The notes beneath the pieces were generated by a model. That model did not search any database. It had not been told where the DNA came from and saw only the letters and a program-made list of their open reading frames with translations. This document shows positions 8,947 to 15,291 of a DNA stretch of 15,291 nt, in pieces. How positions within the stretch are numbered: position 1 is the first letter of the stretch; the number at the start of each line of letters is the position of its first letter. Source of the stretch: Bdellovibrionia bacterium (GTDB lineage: Bacteria; Bdellovibrionota; UBA1018). Where the stretch lies: contig JBMSSC010000062.1 of NCBI GenBank assembly GCA_049424145.1, positions 1-15,291 of the forward strand, in the 5' to 3' direction. Both the position numbers and the translations under genes were made by a program.

Positions 8947-10632
8947 TCAAAGAGGCTTCAAAACCGACTTGGAGCCTTGACCCGAATACTGCGCCTTCAA
9001 CTTCTCCACTGTTTCATCTTCAAGATGATGAAATAGGGGTTGAGGAGTTCCAATCTTTTGACCAGCAGGAAGAGCGTGATGGAGATCTTCCCAGTTGGAA
9101 GACGGAATCCCTAATTGACGAAACAAAGTCTCAGCACTTTCAGGTAGGTAGGGCTTCAGTAAAACCCCTAAATTTCGAAGAGTGATCAATAGAACCGCAA
9201 TGATCGTTCCCGTTCGCGCTGAATCCTCCTTAATGGTTTTCCAAGGAGCCGTGTCTTGAAGGTACTTGTTGGCAATCTTGGCCATCAGCATGATTCGAGA
9301 TAACCCATCGCGCAAACGAACTTCTTCCAAATCCCGCTGGTAATCCTGAATGAGCTTTCGAGTCGTATCCAAAAACTCCTGATCCTCTGCCTTCAAAGCA
9401 CCCAGAACAGGAACGGTTGAATCGAGTTTATTTTGCGCAAACACTAAGACGCGATGAACTAGGTTTCCTAAATTCGCAGAAAGTTCATTGTTGATTCGCG
9501 CTTGAAAATCTGACCAATGAAAGCACGTATCATGCTGCTCAGGACGCATGCACAGCAAGTAGTAGCGCCAAAAATCCACAGAAACTCCGGACTCAATTGC
9601 ATCCGTCCCAAAAACCCCAATCCCCCGCGATTTTGAGAACTTATCATCCTCATAATTGAGGTACTCGGTTGCACTGAGGTGATGAACCATCGTCCAGGGT
9701 TCCCCGCTTGCCAACTGAATGGCCGGAAAAAGAATCGAGTGAAACGGAACATTATCTTTTCCCATAAACTGATAGAGTTGAACTTCTTTTGAATTCATCC
9801 ACCAATCTTTCCAATTCTCAATTCGAGATGCGGTAATGGAGATGTACCCAATCGGAGCATCAAACCAAACGTAAAACACCTTCCCCTCAAACCCTGGCTT
9901 AGGAACCGGAATTCCCCACTTCAAATCCCGGGTGATCGACCGAGTCTTCAGACCCTCTCGGATCCAGGACTGAGTGATTGCCTGAGCGTTATCGGTCCAT
10001 GACCCTTCTTTCTGAGCAGCATGGATCCATTCGACGAGCCGAGATTCGATTTGAGGCAGATCCAAGTACAGATGCTGCGTGGTTTTTTTTACGGGTTGAG
10101 AGCCTGAGATCGTGCTTTTGAGATTCAAGAGCTCATCCGGCTGCAACAATTTCCCACACTTATCGCACTGATCTCCATGAGCTTCTGGAAAATGACAATG
10201 CGGACACTCGCCCACCAAATAGCGATCCGCCAAAAAGAGCTTGGCCGTCTCGTCATAAAACTGATCGGAGGACTGAACCTTCATGAACCCGTTTTGATCA
10301 CACTGCTGAAAAATCTTCTGAGTGATCTCGGCATGAACCGGAAGCGAAGTTCGCCCAAAAACATCAAAGCTGATTTGAAACCACTCGTAAATTCGCTTAT
10401 GGATCGCATGGTAGTGATCACAGACTTGTTGAGGCGTTTTTTTCTCCTCAAGCGCTTTCATTTCTGTGGCCGTGCCGTACTCATCCGTCCCACACACGAA
10501 CAAGGTCTCGTACTTCATCATCCGACAAAATCGGGCATAAACATCGGCCGATAAAACGGAACCAATGATATTCCCCAAGTGAGGAACGTTATTCACATAC
10601 GGCAAGGCTGAAGTAATGAGTTTTTTTTTCAC
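8947..10632 (-). CDS. metG: Methionine--tRNA ligase, short form without the C-terminal tRNA-binding/dimerisation domain
   Basis: Motifs ITSALPYVNNVPHLGN, CGTDEYGT, zinc knuckle CPHC..CDKC, YVWFDAPIGY, GKDNVPFH, KFSKS. GTG start with GGGGAG 7 nt upstream. Confidence 0.97.
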   Translation of the reverse strand: MKKKLITSALPYVNNVPHLGNIIGSVLSADVYARFCRMMKYETLFVCGTDEYGTATEMKALEEKKTPQQVCDHYHAIHKRIYEWFQISFDVFGRTSLPVHAEITQKIFQQCDQNGFMKVQSSDQFYDETAKLFLADRYLVGECPHCHFPEAHGDQCDKCGKLLQPDELLNLKSTISGSQPVKKTTQHLYLDLPQIESRLVEWIHAAQKEGSWTDNAQAITQSWIREGLKTRSITRDLKWGIPVPKPGFEGKVFYVWFDAPIGYISITASRIENWKDWWMNSKEVQLYQFMGKDNVPFHSILFPAIQLASGEPWTMVHHLSATEYLNYEDDKFSKSRGIGVFGTDAIESGVSVDFWRYYLLCMRPEQHDTCFHWSDFQARINNELSANLGNLVHRVLVFAQNKLDSTVPVLGALKAEDQEFLDTTRKLIQDYQRDLEEVRLRDGLSRIMLMAKIANKYLQDTAPWKTIKEDSARTGTIIAVLLITLRNLGVLLKPYLPESAETLFRQLGIPSSNWEDLHHALPAGQKIGTPQPLFHHLEDETVEKLKAQYSGQGSKSVLKPL

Positions 10633-10701
10633 GGACTAACTCCCCGATCTGGCTTGGCTTTTGAAGATGAAAAACACCTGAAGCGATAAAAACTGGAGCC
10701 A

Positions 10702-10729
10702 AATCTAGCCCAATGCCTGAGGAAATCAA
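10702..10729 (-). promoter_or_regulatory. Candidate sigma70 promoter of metG
   Basis: Minus strand TTGATT-16 nt-TAGATT, about 70 nt upstream of the GTG start. Confidence 0.4.
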
Positions 10730-10837
10730 GCCCTTTTCAGCTCCCTCTGCGAAATCTCGTGGCCTTCGAAAAATGATTTCCAAATTCATGCCCTGTCCAT
10801 TCACAGGGGGAATGGACACCGACCCAATCCAGCCTCC

Positions 10838-10908
10838 GGTCTTCAAACCTGAAGACCTCAGGGCTTTAGGGCTTTAAATCTGAAGACCCCAGGCTTTCAA
10901 ACCTCAAG
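10838..10908. repeat. Degenerate short tandem repeat (about 8-nt period) with an 8-bp palindrome
   Basis: Reads TTCAAACC TGAAGACC TCAGGGCT TTAGGGCT TTAAATC TGAAGACC CCAGGCTT TCAAACC TCAAGA. Perfect inverted repeat GGTCTTCA-AACC-TGAAGACC at 10838-10857. Confidence 0.6.
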
Positions 10909-11031
10909 AAACGAACCGACCATCCAAACACCAAGACACTGTGCTCCCCCTTTTGCGCTTCAAAAAATAACGCTTGAGCTCTTCAGATTCGAGTTTAATT
11001 CTTTCTTATTTTCTAGTATCAATAAAAAGTT

Positions 11032-13116
11032 ATGTTTCAACTTAAAAAACCAAAGAGTCAATCCCAGAGCCAAACTCAGAGCCAAAAAAGAGAAACCCAA
11101 TTCAGACTTAGAAAAAAAATAACTCTTCAACGCCACTCAGAAAAATCCATTCTTTCATCACCTAGTCTTCATTGTACTCACCTCCCTACGCTCGCAGCCT
11201 TCTTTTTAGGGATCAACTTTTTAAGTAGCTCTTCTACCTTTGCAGTAGAACTTTGCTCGGAAATCACTGAACAAAAAAAACCCTACTGCCTAGCTCTTAA
11301 AACCATTGAAAAGAAAAAATCCTGTCTCATTCTCCCTGAAGGGAGCCAAAGCCGAACTCTCTGCGAAGTGCTAGGCGATCTTGAGAAGCGCGGGAGCTGC
11401 CCCCCCAGAACCAACCCTGAGGACGCCAAAGGTCCTCAAAAGATTTGCCGTAAAGTCTTAGCCGGACTCCTGTTAAAACCGTGCCAGTCATTTAGAACCA
11501 TTGAGGACACAAATTGGTGTGAGTTTGGAACTTACATCAAGAACGAACATCCTCACGTTGCGCTTCGAATCCAAAAAGCAAACATTAGAAATCAAAGCTT
11601 AAAGCCTAAAGTCGAACATTGGGCGCGCTCCGTCTACGACGCCGAGACGGCTCACTCCCTGGAGTCTCTGGTTTTAAACCTAGCCAGCAAACTTCAACTC
11701 AAATTCTTAGCCCAACTCAACCCTCATTCAGACAGCACCGAGCCTCTCTCCCCTCCTTCGGCAAGCGCCGTCGTCAAGGATCAGGATTTTGTCTCCTTCG
11801 TGGGCGAGCTGATCTTATTTGTAGAAAAACACCGAAACCATCTGCAGGCCATTCATCAACAAAACCCATCCCAAGTTCATTACTTCCCCTACGGGACTCC
11901 AATCGAAGGGGAAACTGCGCCTTGCGCTCTGGCTCTGACTCCTCAAGGCCGACTTTTAGTTTTCTTAAAAACGGTCCGAATCAAGGATCAAACCCTCCAC
12001 CTCGAGCCCCTGGGAACGGGAACCTATAAGGAAATTCACCTCGCATTTGACTACGATGACGCCCTCTCCTCTGAGTCCGACCTTCATGCCGAGCATCCCT
12101 TTTTGGCTGAGGGGGAGTTTCGAATCCAAATCAAGTCCGGTGAACAGTCGATCGAAGAGCAACTCGCTCACTGGTACCAAGACTCCCAGCAGGAGTTTGA
12201 ACTCCATAAAATGGTCTCCGACAAAAAAGGAGTCACCCGAACGGATGCTCTCTTCATGGTGACCGATGAGCAGTCAAGCCCGCTGCCTCAAATTAAGATT
12301 ATCCAAAAACTTTATGAGGAGACCTTACTCGATCTCTATAACTCCATCTTTGCGCGCAACCGACACCAAGCCGTTACGCATTACCGAGGGACTTCGCTGA
12401 AGCACCTGAAAGTCGATATTGCCGTGCAATTACTCGAAGGACTCTCCTCCATTCATGCAGCAGGAATTCACCATCGGGACATTAAACCCGAGAACATTCT
12501 GATTGACTACGACCAGTTTGGAAAGCCTCAAGCCCGCATCACAGACTTTGGACTCTCGGCCAACTTAGAGTGGCTTAAGTCGGGTAAGCAAGCCTCGAAT
12601 TTTGCGGGAAGTGCCACTTATCTGGCTCCTTTTTACGTTCGGGAGTTTGTGGCTAAAAATCACCGTGCGAATTTGAACATTAAAAACGACATTTGGGCCA
12701 TGGGATTGACCTTAAATATTTTTGACAACTTTTTTCAGTGGAACAAAACGGGCGCATTGGAGACGAACACCCTACTGAACGTTTTACTGAGACTCAGTTC
12801 CTACAAGGACCTTCGTGAGCTCTACACCGAGAATTTAATGTTTGAGCCCGAACGAGGAACATTTGAACACGTCATTTACCGAATGGTGAACCCTGATCCA
12901 ACCCAACAACCTACGGCTGATGAAGCCTTAGCAGAAATGAAAGCCGTTCAGGCACGTCTTCGAGCAGAAGAACCTGACCCAGAGTTTTTCCTCGAACTCA
13001 CTCAACGCTTAGGGCGATTTGTTTTCTCTCCAGCGTCTCCCCCTAAGTTTGGAATCAAGAAGAACCCTCTGAGCTCTCGGGTGACGAACATTTCCTTAGA
13101 TTCCACTGGGCCCTAA
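11032..13116 (+). CDS. Atypical Hanks-type Ser/Thr protein kinase with signal-like segment and N-terminal Cys-rich module
   Basis: Motifs LGTGTYK, IHHRDIKPENIL, ITDFG, GSATYLAP, DIWAMG, DPTQQPT. Hydrophobic LPTLAAFFLGINFLSSSSTFA is followed by 8 regularly spaced Cys. Confidence 0.88.
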   Translation: MFQLKKPKSQSQSQTQSQKRETQFRLRKKITLQRHSEKSILSSPSLHCTHLPTLAAFFLGINFLSSSSTFAVELCSEITEQKKPYCLALKTIEKKKSCLILPEGSQSRTLCEVLGDLEKRGSCPPRTNPEDAKGPQKICRKVLAGLLLKPCQSFRTIEDTNWCEFGTYIKNEHPHVALRIQKANIRNQSLKPKVEHWARSVYDAETAHSLESLVLNLASKLQLKFLAQLNPHSDSTEPLSPPSASAVVKDQDFVSFVGELILFVEKHRNHLQAIHQQNPSQVHYFPYGTPIEGETAPCALALTPQGRLLVFLKTVRIKDQTLHLEPLGTGTYKEIHLAFDYDDALSSESDLHAEHPFLAEGEFRIQIKSGEQSIEEQLAHWYQDSQQEFELHKMVSDKKGVTRTDALFMVTDEQSSPLPQIKIIQKLYEETLLDLYNSIFARNRHQAVTHYRGTSLKHLKVDIAVQLLEGLSSIHAAGIHHRDIKPENILIDYDQFGKPQARITDFGLSANLEWLKSGKQASNFAGSATYLAPFYVREFVAKNHRANLNIKNDIWAMGLTLNIFDNFFQWNKTGALETNTLLNVLLRLSSYKDLRELYTENLMFEPERGTFEHVIYRMVNPDPTQQPTADEALAEMKAVQARLRAEEPDPEFFLELTQRLGRFVFSPASPPKFGIKKNPLSSRVTNISLDSTGP

Positions 13117-14512
13117 TTTGCTTTTCCAAGCCTGAATCTTGAGGATGATAAAATTTCTGCCCTCTCAGCGCCTCAGGCAGATGGCTTTTTCCTGAGGATT
13201 GGTAGCCTGAAGGCCCATGAGGATAGCAGTACCCTTGACCATACCCTTGAGCTCTCATGGCTGGGGTCACGGGATTCCGCAAGTGAAGGGGAACGGGAAG
13301 AGCGCCTGTTTGGCGCACGATTTCAAGAGCACTTTCAATGGCTTGGTAGGACGCATAGCTCTTGGGAGCAACGCTGAGGTAGCTCACCAACTGAGCCAGA
13401 GGGATGCGAGCCTCAGGCATCCCGACGAACTCCACGGCTTCTTTGGCAGCAACCGCTAAGCTTAGGGCTCTAGGGTCCGCATTCCCAATATCCTCGGACG
13501 CAAGAATCACCAAGCGACGAACAATCCACAACGGGTCCTCACCTCCCTCGAGCATTCGAGCCAAGTAGTAAATGGCCGCTTGGGGATCACTATCGCGAAT
13601 GGACTTAATCAGGGCCGATGAAACGGCGTGGTGTTCTTCACCCGTGGAGTCATAACGAATCGGGTTGGCTGTAAAAACCTGGGCATAAGCCTCTTGAATT
13701 GCTGGTTGACTCAGAGGTTCCAAGCCTTGCTTCGATGCATCATCCCGGGCGTTTGACTCGCTCCCGTCCTGAGCCAGCCGAGACTGGGTCAGTTCGGATG
13801 CAAAAAAACTTGCCAACGCTTCCAGTGAATTCAAGGCCCGTCGCGCATCTCCCTGGGCCTGCTCCGCCAGCCAAAGCAGCCCATAGGCACTGATCTGAAT
13901 CACCCGCCCCAAGCCCCGATTAGGATCCCCAAGCGCGCGCTCTAAGATGGAAACCAGGGCTGTGGAGTCCAAGGGTTCTAAGCGAATGACCTTTAAGCGA
14001 GAAAGGAGGGCTGCGTTCAACTCAAAGGAAGGATTCTCGGTCGTAGCTCCCAGCAGAATGAACGTGCCTGATTCCACATGAGGTAATAAGGCGTCTTGCT
14101 GAGAACGATTGAACCGATGAAGTTCATCCACAAACAGGAGGGTTTTTTTTCCATAAACCCTTTTTCGTTCCTGGGCCCTGAGCACCGCGTCTTTGACCTC
14201 TTTCACGCCCGAGAGGACCGCACTTAAACTCTCAAAATAACTGTGCGTCTTTTGAGCGATGATGCCCGCTAATGTGGTTTTACCGCAGCCCGGTGGCCCC
14301 CAAAACAATAAAGAGGAGACGCGATCCATCTCAATCCATCGGCGAAGGGGCTTTCCTGGGCCCAGAACCTGACTATGTCCAAAGAACTCCTCCAGACTCT
14401 GGGGTCTCACCCGATGCGCCAGAGGAACGGAGCGCGGATGAGCCGGTTCCAACTCCTCTGCTGAAGTGCTTTGCGTCCGTGTGAACTCGAATAAATCCCC
14501 GTTGAGACTCAG
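13055..14512 (-). CDS. rarA: Replication-associated recombination protein A (RarA/MgsA AAA+ ATPase); start uncertain
   Basis: Motifs PLAHRVRP, Walker A WGPPGCGKTT, Walker B FVDELHRFN, GATTENP, GDARRALN, ASEDIGNADP, VPLHLRN. Start is placed at CTG 14512 behind AAGAAGGA, because the track start at 14701 overlaps the permease by 133 nt. Confidence 0.93.
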   Translation of the reverse strand: MSLNGDLFEFTRTQSTSAEELEPAHPRSVPLAHRVRPQSLEEFFGHSQVLGPGKPLRRWIEMDRVSSLLFWGPPGCGKTTLAGIIAQKTHSYFESLSAVLSGVKEVKDAVLRAQERKRVYGKKTLLFVDELHRFNRSQQDALLPHVESGTFILLGATTENPSFELNAALLSRLKVIRLEPLDSTALVSILERALGDPNRGLGRVIQISAYGLLWLAEQAQGDARRALNSLEALASFFASELTQSRLAQDGSESNARDDASKQGLEPLSQPAIQEAYAQVFTANPIRYDSTGEEHHAVSSALIKSIRDSDPQAAIYYLARMLEGGEDPLWIVRRLVILASEDIGNADPRALSLAVAAKEAVEFVGMPEARIPLAQLVSYLSVAPKSYASYQAIESALEIVRQTGALPVPLHLRNPVTPAMRAQGYGQGYCYPHGPSGYQSSGKSHLPEALRGQKFYHPQDSGLEKQIRAQWNLRKCSSPESSEGSS

Positions 14513-14568
14513 AGTCGAATCCTTCTTGGACGGGTTCTTTTCTGGATTCTTGCTTCCACCTAACGTAA

Positions 14569-15291
14569 CTACTCCTGACTCATGGATCTCAGGCGACTGT
14601 TCTTGATTCCATAGGCGAAGTAAATGATTAATCCAAGAGCAAGCCAGACCATCAGCCGAATCCAGGTGTCTCTCGGTAGACCCGTCATCACCCACAAGCA
14701 AGCCAAAGCGCCGGAGGGAGCCACAAACCCATACAGAGGCGTCTTAAAGGGCCGATGGATTTCAGGGTGTCTCCAGCGTAAAATTGGAATTCCCACACAC
14801 ACCAGGACAAACGCCAGCAGTGTGCCGATGGATACGAGCTCACCCACCAAACTCATGGGCATTAAACCCGCGCAGAGAGATACGAACACTCCCGTCGTTA
14901 AGGCTGCTTGCTGGGGTACCGCATGCTCATTGAGGCGATGAAACCAAGGCAACAGACCATCTTTTGCCATGGAGTAAAAAATACGAGTTTGCCCTAAGAG
15001 CATCACCAAAATCACGGAGGTGAGTCCAGCTAAGGCTCCCACTTTCACTAAAAACCCAATGATTTTTTGTGCGCCCAAGGACCAATTGCGCAGCATCACA
15101 ATGCGATCCACACCCACGGCAACGGGATCCGGCACTCCAAGTTTCTGATAAGGCACCACACCGGTGATCACTAGGGCCATTAAAATGTACAAAACGGTGC
15201 ACCCGAACAAAGAACCTAAGATCCCAATCGGGAGGTCCCTGGAGGGATTCTTACATTCTTGTGCCGTGGTCGAGACCGCATCAAACCCGAT
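14569..15291 (-). CDS. APC-family (CAT-like) amino acid permease, 3' part; 5' end lies beyond the window
   Basis: The frame is open to the window edge: IGFDAVSTTAQECKNPSRDLPIGILGSL, GQTRIFYSMAKDGLLP, SIGTLLAF, RPFKTP, YFAYG, with multiple TM helices. Confidence 0.93.
   Translation of the reverse strand: MGFDAVSTTAQECKNPSRDLPIGILGSLFGCTVLYILMALVITGVVPYQKLGVPDPVAVGVDRIVMLRNWSLGAQKIIGFLVKVGALAGLTSVILVMLLGQTRIFYSMAKDGLLPWFHRLNEHAVPQQAALTTGVFVSLCAGLMPMSLVGELVSIGTLLAFVLVCVGIPILRWRHPEIHRPFKTPLYGFVAPSGALACLWVMTGLPRDTWIRLMVWLALGLIIYFAYGIKNSRLRSMSQE

Noticed and set aside
7428..10629. A9 tracts in tilS (7428-7436, 8405-8413) and after the metG start (10621-10629) as phase-variation sites
   Set aside because: They are in-frame Lys-codon runs in essential genes, and similar A runs are common across the window.
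10589..10846. 85-aa ORF as a metG leader peptide
   Set aside because: It is not Met-rich, has no clear RBS and spans the candidate promoter.
10838..10908. CRISPR-like array
   Set aside because: The units are short and degenerate, with no unique spacers and no cas genes.
13712..13798. Polar insertion in RarA (SELTQSRLAQDGSESNARDDASKQGLEPL)
   Set aside because: It lies in a loop that is commonly variable in length in this family.
647..14941. Many 60-160 aa antisense or off-frame ORFs in the track (e.g. 647-1066, 4127-4456, 6467-6946, 10177-10554, 11619-12029, 14624-14941)
   Set aside because: They are shadows of well-supported genes and have no recognisable motifs.

Overview
Bacterial chromosomal window, mostly housekeeping. 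Gene content and order suggest a deltaproteobacteria-like or Bdellovibrionota organism (inference only). A minus-strand run tilS-ftsH-cdaA-cdaR-glmM-pdxJ (1239-8423) sits head-to-head with a CAU-anticodon tRNA (8503-8579, most like elongator tRNA-Met), which is followed by a convergent short metG. At the right end a partial APC amino-acid permease precedes rarA. Two accessory plus-strand genes are the most interesting parts. (1) A 694-aa Ser/Thr-type kinase has a signal-peptide-like segment, a regularly spaced 8-Cys module and no later TM helix. It shows a WNK-like lysine placement (GTGTYK, no VAxK lysine) and joint loss of both partners of the APE-Glu/subdomain-XI-Arg salt bridge, so it may be an exported atypical kinase. 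(2) A Cys-rich pilin/adhesin-like gene (146-1129) is split by a single in-frame TAA. No mobile element, CRISPR array or rRNA was seen.
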